From: Lentisphaeria bacterium | GTDB lineage: Bacteria > Verrucomicrobiota > Lentisphaeria > JABSQK01 > JAWLHB01 | Assembly (NCBI GenBank): GCA_041690595.1 | Contig: JAWLHB010000035.1 | Location: 1 to 64,000 of the forward strand | Direction: 5' to 3' | DNA: 64,000 bases | Shown here: positions 18,467 through 28,430 of the stretch, in pieces | Numbering within the stretch: the first letter of the stretch is position 1 | Layout: every line of letters begins with the position of its first letter | Notes under the pieces: generated by a model | Databases searched by the model: none | Seen by the model: the letters and a program-made list of their open reading frames with translations, nothing else | Told to the model about the DNA's origin: nothing | Position numbers and translations under genes: made by a program

Positions 18467-20208
18467 GCCGTCGGTTGCCCGTCTCTGGCCAGGCGGACGC
18501 CACAGATCGTGGGGCCCCGGTCGGCGGCGGTATCCAGTTCCTCCAACTCCAGCTTCAGCACCTGCTCACCTGCCGATTCCATGACGATTTCACCCAGATC
18601 CGCTTCCGCCACATGCCAGCGGTTGACCGTCTCATCCTCGATGATATCCTTGCGTCCGACCAGCCCCGAGGCCGAGCCGCTGCCGGCAAGAACGCGCATG
18701 CGGTGGTTGCCATACAGCTCCCGCTTATGCACCTCACGATGCCCCTTGGCACTCTCGCGATCCATGAAGAGCTGTACGTTCACGCGGAAGGTTCCCGGCT
18801 CACGCAGCCGGAAGCTCCACTGCGCCGTATCGCCCGCCTCTTTCCAGCCGCTGATGTCGCCGGCCCGCTCCACCTTCATATGGCCGGGAATGCTCGCCAG
18901 GTAGGCGGGCAAGACCAAGCTGCCGTCCGGCTGCTGGGCCGGCAGCGGATCGACCTCCGGCTCGCCTCGCAGATCCAGCGCCACCACGGTGATCCCTTCC
19001 GCCGGAGCCTGCGCCGGGAGTGACAGGCGCAGCAGACGATGGCCCGTCGCCTCGTCATGCTCCTGCACGAAGGGGACCAGCTCCCGCCCATCCGCCAACA
19101 GCCGTACACCCAGTACCTCGCTGCGCAGCCCGGCAAGGGCAAAGTCCGCCCCCGGCCATTTGAAGAAGTGCAGATACAGGTGGCCCGACTTGCAGGTTAC
19201 CCGCCCCCATGGAAAATCGCAGGGGAAGGGATTCTGGCGGGTGCCGTAGATGCTTTCGCCGTTTGTCTTCAGCCATGCACCAACCGCCTCCAACCGCTCG
19301 ACGCTGGGCGCTGGAATCACGCCGCGATCAGTCGGCCCGACATTGAGCAGGTAATTCACCCCCTTCGAGGCGCACTGCACCAGCAGCCGCAGCAGATAGT
19401 CGACCGACTTCCAGTTGTGGTCGTAATGCTTGAAGCCCCAGGTGTCGTTGAGGGTTGCCGGCGTCTCCCAGTCCCCTTTGACCGTCCCTGCCGGGATCTG
19501 ATTATCGCCAAGGCTGCCATAGTCGCCGCAATCGTGGCCCACGCGCCCGCTCACCAGGCACTCCGGCTGCAGGCTGTGCACGTAGTTGCGCAGATCCATG
19601 CTCTGTTCCCTGGTGATCGTCGCCGGTACGTCGAACCAGATCAGTCCGATCGCACCGTAATTGGTCAACAGCTCACGCAGTTGGGGCTTGACCTTCTCCT
19701 CCAGGTAGCTCTCGAACAGCCCCTCAGCGGGTGGCAGCGACTTGCCGTTGGCGTCGACCCTGTCCCAGTGCATGCCACCTCCTTCCGCCTCCCAGTCGAG
19801 ATCCTGCGAGTAGTAGAAGCAGAGCCGCACGTCATACTTGTGGCAGGCTTCGGCCAGCGCCTTCATGGGGTCGCGGGCATATGGCGTTGCATCGACGATG
19901 TTGTAGGGATGGGCCGACTTGAACATCGCAAAGCCGTCGTGATGCTTGGCGGTGATCACCAGGTACTTCATCCCGGCCTCGTGCGCCACCTTCACCCAGG
20001 CATCCGCATCGAACTCCTCCGGGTTGAAGCGGTCAGCCAGCTTCGCATAGTCCGCCAGTGGAATCTTGCCGATGTGCATGATCCACTCGCCGATGTTCGG
20101 CACACGCTTGCCTTCCCACTCGCCCGCCGCCACCGCGTAAAGGCCCCAATGGATGAACATCCCGAACCGCGCCTCGCGCCACCACCCGATCGAATTGGAC
20201 TCTGTCAT
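18463..20208 (-). CDS. Alpha-L-fucosidase (GH29) with C-terminal beta-sandwich domain
   Basis: WWREARFGMFIHWGLY, TAKHHDGF, IWFD, VSGRVG, WETPATLNDTWG, NYLLNVGP. Start set at MTESNS. Confidence 0.93.
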   Translation of the reverse strand: MTESNSIGWWREARFGMFIHWGLYAVAAGEWEGKRVPNIGEWIMHIGKIPLADYAKLADRFNPEEFDADAWVKVAHEAGMKYLVITAKHHDGFAMFKSAHPYNIVDATPYARDPMKALAEACHKYDVRLCFYYSQDLDWEAEGGGMHWDRVDANGKSLPPAEGLFESYLEEKVKPQLRELLTNYGAIGLIWFDVPATITREQSMDLRNYVHSLQPECLVSGRVGHDCGDYGSLGDNQIPAGTVKGDWETPATLNDTWGFKHYDHNWKSVDYLLRLLVQCASKGVNYLLNVGPTDRGVIPAPSVERLEAVGAWLKTNGESIYGTRQNPFPCDFPWGRVTCKSGHLYLHFFKWPGADFALAGLRSEVLGVRLLADGRELVPFVQEHDEATGHRLLRLSLPAQAPAEGITVVALDLRGEPEVDPLPAQQPDGSLVLPAYLASIPGHMKVERAGDISGWKEAGDTAQWSFRLREPGTFRVNVQLFMDRESAKGHREVHKRELYGNHRMRVLAGSGSASGLVGRKDIIEDETVNRWHVAEADLGEIVMESAGEQVLKLELEELDTAADRGPTICGVRLARDGQPTA

Positions 20209-20225
20209 GAATATGCTTCCCCTCG

Positions 20226-21434
20226 TTAATGAAAGTATTGCTGCTCTCTTGAGTCGCCAAGGAGCGTATGTATCCGAACCGTAGCTCGGCGATAGCACTC
20301 GGCAACCCGCTCCAGCGCATTCAGCCGAAGTTCCTGGGCGCCCACATAGTCGCCGTGCACCTGCATCAGGGCGTCGAGAATCGTTGTGCCGCTGACCCGA
20401 TCGATGTCGAAGGACCACGCGCCCAAACCGAGGTCCTCATACATCTGTCCCTTGATCGTATCCGTCGGCTGGCGCACATAGAAGGCGGGAGTGCCGTTCG
20501 CCAGCGCAATGATGGGGCTGTGGCATTCACAGCTGATCACCGTGTGTGCCTGACTGTAGACATAAGCCGCTTCGTCCGAGCGCCAGAAGGTCGCGCGCTT
20601 GCGCACATAGGGCCGAACGTCCTCCGGGAGCGGGTCGATCAGCAACTCGTCCATGATCTCCAGCTGATACGTCATCTCCGGGCAAACGAGTACGGGGAGC
20701 CCGGTCTCGCGCACCCAGCCTACGATTACCTCCCGCAGCTTCGCGTGATCCGTTTCGGCATGTTCGGCATTGGTGGATTCAACCAACTGGATGCGCTCTT
20801 GGTTCCACTGCACACCTTCGTTCATCGTGTGATAGGGCGTGTAGCGCAAGCGCGGCACCACACAGATGAACTGCCGCTCCTGAAGCCCCGCCTCTTTCAG
20901 AAAAGCCGTGCCCTTGGCCTCGTCGAGCAGGTCAAACATGAAGGTGCCGTCCGGTGCAAAGTCGATCACCGGCTCAGTCACTCCCGATGCCTCCAGCACC
21001 CGTTGCGATGCCGTCTCGCGTGTGTAGACAAAGGATGCCGTGTTCAGCAGCTCGCGCAGGGCCTCGTCCACCTTCTCGATAGTCACGCCGAAGGTGCCGA
21101 AAGGCTTGCCCGTCGTCTGCTGCCAGACCCGCAGATCCTGGCTGGCCACCACGGATGGTCCCGATCCATGGAGCATCAGATCCACCTCGGGGAAGAGCTC
21201 CCGCGCGGCAAGCGGATCGGTGATGAACCGGACCTTGGGGAAAGCGCGCTGAAGCATCGTGTCGACCCCGCGGTCGTCCTTCATCAGCCACGCGATGATT
21301 TGCGCATCCGGCAGGTACTGCTCGAGCACCCGCAGCACCCCTGGCGTGTGCGTGATATCCCCGATGTTGACGGTCTGCCAGCCCGACCGCAGCATGATTG
21401 TGGGCCCGTCAGCCCCGTCTCTCTTCATCCCCAT
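20226..21434 (-). CDS. Polysaccharide pyruvyl transferase family protein
   Basis: WQTVNIGD, HGSGP, YTRETAS, FAPDGTF, CECHSPIIALANGTP. Confidence 0.8.
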   Translation of the reverse strand: MGMKRDGADGPTIMLRSGWQTVNIGDITHTPGVLRVLEQYLPDAQIIAWLMKDDRGVDTMLQRAFPKVRFITDPLAARELFPEVDLMLHGSGPSVVASQDLRVWQQTTGKPFGTFGVTIEKVDEALRELLNTASFVYTRETASQRVLEASGVTEPVIDFAPDGTFMFDLLDEAKGTAFLKEAGLQERQFICVVPRLRYTPYHTMNEGVQWNQERIQLVESTNAEHAETDHAKLREVIVGWVRETGLPVLVCPEMTYQLEIMDELLIDPLPEDVRPYVRKRATFWRSDEAAYVYSQAHTVISCECHSPIIALANGTPAFYVRQPTDTIKGQMYEDLGLGAWSFDIDRVSGTTILDALMQVHGDYVGAQELRLNALERVAECYRRATVRIHTLLGDSREQQYFH

Positions 21435-21456
21435 TGACTCCTGAATTTGGCGGTGT

Positions 21457-24400
21457 TCAGCGTATGGAAAATTGCAGGGTGCCGCGGCCGCTACGGAGGC
21501 TGTCGCGTGGCACGATCACCGTGCCGCCTCCTGCCGGTTCCTTTAGCATGACAACGGTATCGCGCTGGTCCGCCAGAATCCATGCATCGACAAGTTCCAT
21601 CGGCATTGTCAACGCAAAGGCACCAGTGCTCTGCACGTCCAACTCCAGGGTGCCATCGGCATTACGCGTACCGCTGCAGGCAAAGCGGGAGGGAATGGAG
21701 ACACGGTCGCCTGCCTGAATGCTGTAGACGATAAAGGGGTCCCCCTTGACCACCGCCCCGGCTGGCGGCTCGTCCTCGGTGGTGAAGACCGAGCGCTCGG
21801 TGCGCACCAGCGCCGTTTCGAAACCACTGCGCGGGAAGCGGATACGCCGCCCCGATACATTATCCTGGTTCATGATGTGATGGAATTGAAAATCCTGCTC
21901 GAACTTGCGCGCATCGTCTGGATCGCTCTTCAGGATACGCGCGCGCTGAAGGATGAAGGGGGGCGCACCGGCCAGATCCACTCGCCAGCGCCCTTCGCCC
22001 AGATCGGCAATCCCAGCGATCGTATAAACCGACTGCCCGTGTGGGGTCGGCTGATGCCACACGTAGACGAAGTGTCCGTTGAGCGTACCATCCGTCGGCA
22101 ATGGCCTGGTCGACCGGACAATCAGGGCGCTCCGGCGCGGATTTCCCGTCAGGTCGCCATCGACATCCGTCAGCGTCATCTCCCAGCCTGGCTCAAGCTT
22201 CACCCCCCACCCATCGGCCTGAAAGTCGCTGCCATCGACGAGGGTCAGGCGATTGGCCGCCGGGAAAACCGCACCCATGCGGCCGGTCAGCATGGTGCTC
22301 CCCGCGGCCAGCTTCCCGCCCTCCAGCGTGGAGGCGAAGAGCCCCGTACTTCCATCGTCCATGGTCAGCCTGACCACCGCCCCGCCGCCATCCGCCAGCG
22401 GCTGAAGATCCAGAATGTCGGCCTGCGCCAGTTGGGCCGCCTGTTCCGGCAGGCGTGCTTCGACCACGGAGACGAAGGTGGATTCAAGGCCCGGCTGATC
22501 CGCTTCCCGAGAAAGGATGCGCACATCGATGGCGTCCTTCAACCCCACCGTCCTTGTCATGGACTGGCCGCTGTCGGGATCGGTGATGAGGAGCCCGCCG
22601 GGCCATGGCGCTTTAGCTGCGATCAGCTCCCCGGCGGCAGGTGAGCCAGCTACCTTCGTCCACATGCCAAGCTGCACATCATGGAGGAGTCGCGGCCAGT
22701 TGCCATCGTTCTGTCGGTAGCCTTCCGGCTCAGGAAAGGTGCGCCCCGGCTGGATCATCCAATCGCTCTTCCAGCTCTGCTCCGGCAGCGGATAGCGGGT
22801 CAGGCCAGTGATCATGCGACCAGCCCTGGCATAGTGATGAAGGGATTTTCCCGTCAGTCGGTCGTAGTTCAGCTTGAGCCCGCGATACTGGGTCCAGTTG
22901 TCCACATCGAGCGGCTCGCCATTCTTCGGCATCTCTTCGGGTCGTTCGGCCGGTATGCGCCAGAAGAGATCGTGGCGCTGTCCACCGCGAATGCGCAGCA
23001 GATCGAGCACCACGGGGCTGCCGCCCGGCAGGGTGATCAGGGCGACCTGCCGTTGGTAGATATCGACCGGGTTTGGTCGCCCAGCAAAGAGGGAAGCTGC
23101 TCCCGCGTCGACAAACTGCGCCCACCACCCCGGTTCCGCCATGTTGCCCGCGCCGGCATAAGCGTAGAGTTGGGAGGGAACGGTCTTGTGGTACCAGTCG
23201 TCCACCATGGCCACGTTGTGGGCTTCGGGCTTGTCGGCGTAGCCCCACTTCCACGGGCCCCAGCGATCCGTGTCTTCGTTTGGCAGGCCAATAAGCTCAT
23301 AGCCCATGCGCAGTTCCGACCACGGCGCCTTATCCGCTTCGATGAAGCCAATGCAATAGCCGAAATCGGGCAGGCAATCCACGCCCTCGAAAAAGAGCTG
23401 GTAGCTCAGCCGGTCCAGGTGCGCGTGTTGCGCTGCATTCTGATGATTGACGATCAGCTCGAGACGACGCCCCTCGGCTCCGCCACGCAACGCGGTCATG
23501 CCATAGATGGGAAGGCTGAGACTTGCCTCGTGCGTCTCGTACGGGAGCTGATCCGGGTCGGGGCCAGGCCCACCGCCGCGGAAGATCAGCGCATGCTGAT
23601 CCGCGTGTTTGCTGACAATGCCGTAGAGTGTGTCGATCGGCTGATGGCCCAGGTTGTCAATGGTTTCCATGAGCGGGTAACGCTCTTTGAGATCCACGCC
23701 GCCGAAGAAGCTGTGCAGCCAACTGAATCCGAGGATGCCGCTCTGGGTCATCACGGCGTAGTTGAAGGCGGCATCGGCAGCCATGCCGTCGGCCGACCAG
23801 TTGTTGTACATGTACAGCTCCACCAGTTCGAGGCCTTTGCTGAACAGCTCGATATTGCGGAAGGCAATGCCGGCTTTGACCGCTCCCTGGATGTAGGCAT
23901 ATGAGGTGTTGCCGGTCGTGGGTGGTGTGGCCAGCGCGAGGAACTCCATCTCTTTCAGGCATCCCTCCCGGAACCTCCCTTCCCACGCCGCGGGATCGCC
24001 GTATTTCGCAGTGCTCCACGCGAGGGTCTCCGGCTGGTCGCGTATCAGGTCGAAGGCGCCGGCTATCCACCCTATTTGCACCATGACGCCATCCGTCCAG
24101 GCGCTGACACCACCGTGCAGCTTGGCGAAGCTGAAATCGTAAATGTCGCGATACCAGAAGGGATAATCGGCCCGGTCGCGAACATGAATAAATGGCTGCT
24201 CGGCGGTGATCGAGCGATACTCCTCGGCCGTCAGGTAGCCGGTACCGGCCCGATTACGCGCAAAACCATGGGCTTTGGCACCGATGTACAGGGGCAGGCC
24301 GGGATAGACCTCGGCCAGCCGGTCGAGGACCGCCGCCAGTGTCGCCACCGCCTCCCGATTGTTGTTGTAGATGATGGCCGCCGTCAGATCCGGGATGACT

Positions 24401-25071
24401 CGATTCACGATGATGTTCAACCGGCAACGCCAGACCTCCCCTGCCGGGCAGAACCAGTTCTTCCGCGCCGAACCGACTTCCGGCCCCGCCTCACGAAACT
24501 CCTCGGCGACGAAGAAGCGGTACGCATGGACGGTGCCGTCGAGATGAGGGATCTCTTCGGTGTGATTGGGCTTCGCCGCATAGTCTGCCGGCATGTCCGC
24601 TTCATGCGCGTAGATCACCGCCTCCGTTCCAGCTTCCCGCGCCTGAAAAGGGCTGCTCAGGAACTCTTCATCGGTCATCACCGCCCCGGCAAAAAGCTTG
24701 CCGGTAAAGGGAGACAGACCGATCGTCGTCGGATTACCGCCGTTGCCGGCGCAGCTGACCGGGGCGAAATCGCTGATCAGCTCTGCCCAACGCTCCAGCG
24801 GAACGCTGATCCATTTTGCTGCGTCTTGCGGCACGGAGCGATACATGAACTGCCGGTATCCGCCAAATCGTGCCGTTTCCCCCTTCAGCTTCGCGATCAG
24901 CTCGGGCGGGTAGACCCGGGAAGGCAGACGGTAGGTGGCGCCCGCCCCCGGCATCTGAGCCACCAAGCTCTCGTCGTCCAGGGAAAGCGCTCCTTCGGCG
25001 CTGTGCAGCCGCATCGACACCATCGCCAGCATCAACATGGCCACTGCCAGCCGGGAGACGGTTTGCCTCAT
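21457..25071 (-). CDS. Large secreted heparinase II/III-like polysaccharide lyase candidate (paralog of 15020-18466)
   Basis: Signal peptide [49 protein letters not shown] 25071 overlaps the pilin stop (ATGA). Confidence 0.72.
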   Translation of the reverse strand: MRQTVSRLAVAMLMLAMVSMRLHSAEGALSLDDESLVAQMPGAGATYRLPSRVYPPELIAKLKGETARFGGYRQFMYRSVPQDAAKWISVPLERWAELISDFAPVSCAGNGGNPTTIGLSPFTGKLFAGAVMTDEEFLSSPFQAREAGTEAVIYAHEADMPADYAAKPNHTEEIPHLDGTVHAYRFFVAEEFREAGPEVGSARKNWFCPAGEVWRCRLNIIVNRVIPDLTAAIIYNNNREAVATLAAVLDRLAEVYPGLPLYIGAKAHGFARNRAGTGYLTAEEYRSITAEQPFIHVRDRADYPFWYRDIYDFSFAKLHGGVSAWTDGVMVQIGWIAGAFDLIRDQPETLAWSTAKYGDPAAWEGRFREGCLKEMEFLALATPPTTGNTSYAYIQGAVKAGIAFRNIELFSKGLELVELYMYNNWSADGMAADAAFNYAVMTQSGILGFSWLHSFFGGVDLKERYPLMETIDNLGHQPIDTLYGIVSKHADQHALIFRGGGPGPDPDQLPYETHEASLSLPIYGMTALRGGAEGRRLELIVNHQNAAQHAHLDRLSYQLFFEGVDCLPDFGYCIGFIEADKAPWSELRMGYELIGLPNEDTDRWGPWKWGYADKPEAHNVAMVDDWYHKTVPSQLYAYAGAGNMAEPGWWAQFVDAGAASLFAGRPNPVDIYQRQVALITLPGGSPVVLDLLRIRGGQRHDLFWRIPAERPEEMPKNGEPLDVDNWTQYRGLKLNYDRLTGKSLHHYARAGRMITGLTRYPLPEQSWKSDWMIQPGRTFPEPEGYRQNDGNWPRLLHDVQLGMWTKVAGSPAAGELIAAKAPWPGGLLITDPDSGQSMTRTVGLKDAIDVRILSREADQPGLESTFVSVVEARLPEQAAQLAQADILDLQPLADGGGAVVRLTMDDGSTGLFASTLEGGKLAAGSTMLTGRMGAVFPAANRLTLVDGSDFQADGWGVKLEPGWEMTLTDVDGDLTGNPRRSALIVRSTRPLPTDGTLNGHFVYVWHQPTPHGQSVYTIAGIADLGEGRWRVDLAGAPPFILQRARILKSDPDDARKFEQDFQFHHIMNQDNVSGRRIRFPRSGFETALVRTERSVFTTEDEPPAGAVVKGDPFIVYSIQAGDRVSIPSRFACSGTRNADGTLELDVQSTGAFALTMPMELVDAWILADQRDTVVMLKEPAGGGTVIVPRDSLRSGRGTLQFSIR

Positions 25072-25802
25072 TGTCCGGGCCATCCCCACGGCGCATTGCG
25101 GAGCCATCCTTGCGGCCCGTCATATTGATTGGGATTGAAGAGCGCCACCTGCGTGCTTGCTCCCACATGGCCATCGGCAAAGGCCAGGTTGACCTGGTTG
25201 CCGTGCTGCGCCCAGATATTGCCGCCGGTCAACGCGTTGTTGACGGCAAAGGTCCATCCAGGATAGCTCACGCTGTTCCACGTGTCGAGAAAGTAGATGG
25301 CTTCGGAGGGTTTTCGAATCTCCCCGGCCTTTCGATACGCCGGCCGGCTGCCCCAGTGTGTGCCGCCCATGTTGTACTGAGGCATGCCGTACTGCGGGGC
25401 GAGCTGATAGAGGAGCTTCTCGCTCCTGGAGGGGCAGCGCAGGAGGCTCTTGTCCCGATACTTCACCGGAAAGGTCGCCCAATAGCCCGGCGCCATTTCC
25501 GGCATTCCCAGTTCTTCCCGCATCAGGTACGGAAACCAGTTGTTCTTTGATGTATCCCACGGGTTGACGTTGAGGTCGAAACGATCCACGCCAGTCGAGC
25601 GGAACGGGCAGATCCAACCATCATAGGCTTCCTGATACAGGATGCCCACCAGCGCAAGCTGCTTGAGGTTCGTTGCACAGCTGATCTGCCTCGCCTTATC
25701 CCGCGCCCGCGACAAGGCAGGCAGCAGCAGCGACGCAAGGATGGCGATTATCGCCACCACCACCAGCAACTCGATCAGTGTAAAACAGCGATGCCTATGC
25801 AT
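25068..25802 (-). CDS. Prepilin-type N-terminal cleavage/methylation + H-X9-DG domain protein (DUF1559-like)
   Basis: [40 protein letters not shown]-terminal [22 protein letters not shown]. Confidence 0.92.
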   Translation of the reverse strand: MHRHRCFTLIELLVVVAIIAILASLLLPALSRARDKARQISCATNLKQLALVGILYQEAYDGWICPFRSTGVDRFDLNVNPWDTSKNNWFPYLMREELGMPEMAPGYWATFPVKYRDKSLLRCPSRSEKLLYQLAPQYGMPQYNMGGTHWGSRPAYRKAGEIRKPSEAIYFLDTWNSVSYPGWTFAVNNALTGGNIWAQHGNQVNLAFADGHVGASTQVALFNPNQYDGPQGWLRNAPWGWPGQ

Positions 25803-25813
25803 GGCGATCCTCC

Positions 25814-26917
25814 TCATGGTTTGTTCTTTTGGCAGGCGACGCTTTCGCCTTCCACCAGTTGGGCCTCGAATTGAAGACTCATGGCTACCGCCGACGGGTC
25901 GGCCAGCCGGCGCTCGATCAGCTCCGGAATCGCCCGACCAATCGTGTACATCGGCAGCTTGACGGCGGTGAGTTGTGGAGTGGATTGACGGGAGATCGCC
26001 GTTCCACCATAGCAGATCATCGACATGTCACGTGGAACCTGAATCCCGCGTTCCCGCAGCACGTCGAGCAGGGTGACCCCCATATAGTCAGTCGGTATCA
26101 CGATCGCGGTAGGCGCTGGATCGAGCGTACCCAGCTTGTCGAGACCCCGCGTGACCGCCTCCGTGAGGCTGTCGCGCTGCCAGTTCCGCTCGAACATCAC
26201 TACCCGCGCCAGCCCGGGCACATTGACGGTGCCGGCCAGGTAAGTCCATGCGGCATAGCGTGGCCCGTGAATCGATACCGCCGAGCGGTCAATCCCATGC
26301 GCCTTCTCGAACTGCTGCGTTGGCACCCACAGCGGCACATTCCTATCCTCCAGCCCCAGCCAAAGGATGTGCCGGTGTCCGTGGGTCGACAGGTATTCGT
26401 AGACCATGGCCGCCGAACGCAACTCATTGCTGTAGACGGCGTCGATGCCACGGTGGAAATCGTAGGATGCGCCATAGATGACCGGGCCGCGTTTCGCCAG
26501 CTCAGTCAGCCAGCTTCCCGGCAGCTCGCTGCGCAGCACCAAGCCACTCGCCTTCTGCGCGTCCCATGCCGCCAAGATGCCTTCCAAGCTGTGGTCCGAG
26601 ATAAATTCCACGCTCCCAGCATTCATGGAGAGGCGCGCTTCCATGCCCCGCAGCAGCTCCCGGCTCAACTCATCATCCCCAGAGAGGTGCGGCCCCGTCA
26701 CCACCAAGAGCTTCAGGCCCGGCTCCGTTTTGCCCCAATGCCGCGGTGGCGCCAGGAGGCCGTGGTGCTTGTCCGTGTAGCCGAGTTCGGTGGCTGCCTG
26801 GCGCACACGCTTCCGGGTGGCTTCGTTCACGCGGCCGACACCACGCAGAGCCCGGGAGACCGTCATCTGGCTCATCCCCACTGCATCGGCAATGTCTTTC
26901 AGCGTTGTCGAGGTCAT
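25814..26917 (-). CDS. LacI-family transcriptional regulator
   Basis: [23 protein letters not shown]...[29 protein letters not shown]. Confidence 0.92.
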   Translation of the reverse strand: MTSTTLKDIADAVGMSQMTVSRALRGVGRVNEATRKRVRQAATELGYTDKHHGLLAPPRHWGKTEPGLKLLVVTGPHLSGDDELSRELLRGMEARLSMNAGSVEFISDHSLEGILAAWDAQKASGLVLRSELPGSWLTELAKRGPVIYGASYDFHRGIDAVYSNELRSAAMVYEYLSTHGHRHILWLGLEDRNVPLWVPTQQFEKAHGIDRSAVSIHGPRYAAWTYLAGTVNVPGLARVVMFERNWQRDSLTEAVTRGLDKLGTLDPAPTAIVIPTDYMGVTLLDVLRERGIQVPRDMSMICYGGTAISRQSTPQLTAVKLPMYTIGRAIPELIERRLADPSAVAMSLQFEAQLVEGESVACQKNKP

Positions 26918-26938
26918 CTCCGTCCCGCTCCTTATTAG

Positions 26939-27036
26939 TGTTAGTCTATCACAACACTACTCCCCCTTCAAGCCCAATATCTCCGTATTCAGCCTATAAA
27001 CCGAAAAAATATGGCTGATTCTTGTGATAAACTAAC
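26939..27036. promoter_or_regulatory. Pair of inverted LacI-like operator sites in an AT-rich promoter region
   Basis: GTTAGTCTATCACAA (26940-26954) and TTGTGATAAACTAAC (27022-27036) are reverse complements at 14/15 positions, immediately upstream of the lacI-type gene. Confidence 0.65.
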
Positions 27037-27090
27037 TCTTGCTTCGGGTGCAACAGAGGATGCACCGTCGCCTCGTCGTGCCTGGGGCAC

Positions 27091-27165
27091 GGTGAAAACC
27101 CGGTCCCAATCGGCAGGATGGGTCACATCCGCCCGGATGGCCTGCACGCCGAGGCGTTTCGCCGT
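27091..27165 (-). pseudogene. Short-chain dehydrogenase (SDR)-like fragment
   Basis: Minus frame reads TAKRLGVQAIRADVTHPADWDRVFT, resembling the SDR ...ADVT... segment. No start, TGxxxGIG or YxxxK nearby. Confidence 0.45.
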
Positions 27166-27306
27166 CGGTCCGGCTCACGCGGCTTCCACAGCCAGAGGAT
27201 GTCGTCCTCACCGCCGTTGGGCAGGCAGTGGGATGTGGTCCACCCCGCGTGCCCCTCGTCAGGTCTTGTCGGAGGCTCGGAACAACGTCGCCCATTCGTC
27301 ATTTCG

Positions 27307-28275
27307 TCACCCTGGCTCGCGCGGCAAAGCGCAATTGGCTGGCGGGGTCCACTCCCGCACTGTGTCTTCCCAAGCCTGGATGTTTTCAGCCGGGATTCCG
27401 TCGGGCCAGTGGCGGTAGGTGTCGGCGATCAACCAGCCTTCGTCCGCGCGGCCCAGGTTCAGAATCCGGACCGATTCCTCTCGCACCTGCTCGACGGTGG
27501 CTGTCGGCAGAAAAGCCTGAATGTCGGGCATGATGGACAAGGTCAGGCGGTCCCGAGCCGCGGCGTAGATGCGCTCGAGCCCCATGCAGGCGGGTTGCTG
27601 AACCTGCAAGATGTCGAGCCCGATTTCGGCCAGGTCCGCCATGATGTCGAGCGTGTTGCCGCACGAGTGCATGAAGTTCGCGATGCCCATCTCGTGGCAA
27701 CGGCCGAACAGCCGGGCATAGCGCGGCTTAAAAAACTGGCGCCACTTCACTGGGGAGATCATCAGTCCGTGCTGAGTGCCCCAGTCGTCCATGTGCATGA
27801 TGCAGTCGATACCCACCGCGCCCAAGCGCTCGACCTCCGCCATGTGGTACTCCAGTATCCGGTCGGCGAAGATTGCCATCTCCCCGGGATACTCGCAAAG
27901 CCACACCATGGCGTTTTCCATCCCGCAGATGAAGTGCATGCGCTCCCAAAGCGTCGCACCCAGACAGACCATCGACCAATGCTCGACGGTGGCGGCAGCC
28001 TCCTCGGCGATCCCTTCCCAGCGTTCCGCCCGCAACGGATCGGGAATGGGGAAGGCCCGCAGTTGCTCGATGGTGGAAACGGGGTGACTCCGTTCGCCAT
28101 GCACCCAGCCGTCACGGCGTCTCGCCTTCACCCCCCAGTCATCCACCGTCCATCCGTCCGATAATGCACGGGCGCCGCCCTTCAGCCCCACGCTGCGGAA
28201 ATCGTCGTATAGCGTTGGAACCCGGTCGGGCGGCAGGTGCCGCACAGCGGCCTGAACACGTTGTTTCGAGTTCAT
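27307..28275 (-). CDS. Uroporphyrinogen decarboxylase / MtaA-CmuA-like family protein
   Basis: MNSKQRV...PDRVP, DDWGV, GMENAM, MDDWGTQHGLMISP, MHSCGN, IPAENI. Confidence 0.85.
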   Translation of the reverse strand: MNSKQRVQAAVRHLPPDRVPTLYDDFRSVGLKGGARALSDGWTVDDWGVKARRRDGWVHGERSHPVSTIEQLRAFPIPDPLRAERWEGIAEEAAATVEHWSMVCLGATLWERMHFICGMENAMVWLCEYPGEMAIFADRILEYHMAEVERLGAVGIDCIMHMDDWGTQHGLMISPVKWRQFFKPRYARLFGRCHEMGIANFMHSCGNTLDIMADLAEIGLDILQVQQPACMGLERIYAAARDRLTLSIMPDIQAFLPTATVEQVREESVRILNLGRADEGWLIADTYRHWPDGIPAENIQAWEDTVREWTPPANCALPREPG

Positions 28276-28315
28276 GCTTCTCATCGATCCTAGTTTTCTT
28301 CATGTTCATGCTTAT

Positions 28316-28377
28316 GTCCCCGCGGTCGCTGGTGAACAGGACCATGGTGTTGCCAACAGCTCATGCCGATCAAGTGC
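28316..28377 (-). pseudogene. Sulfatase-like fragment with a frameshift
   Basis: ALDRHELL, then a 2-nt remnant codon, then NTMVLFTSDRGD, matching the sulfatase motif (L..NT.v.FTSDHG). Confidence 0.55.
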
Positions 28378-28430
28378 GGCTTCCTCGCCTTCCAGGCAGC
28401 GGATCGTTTCAGGCTTCATTGGGGTACACT

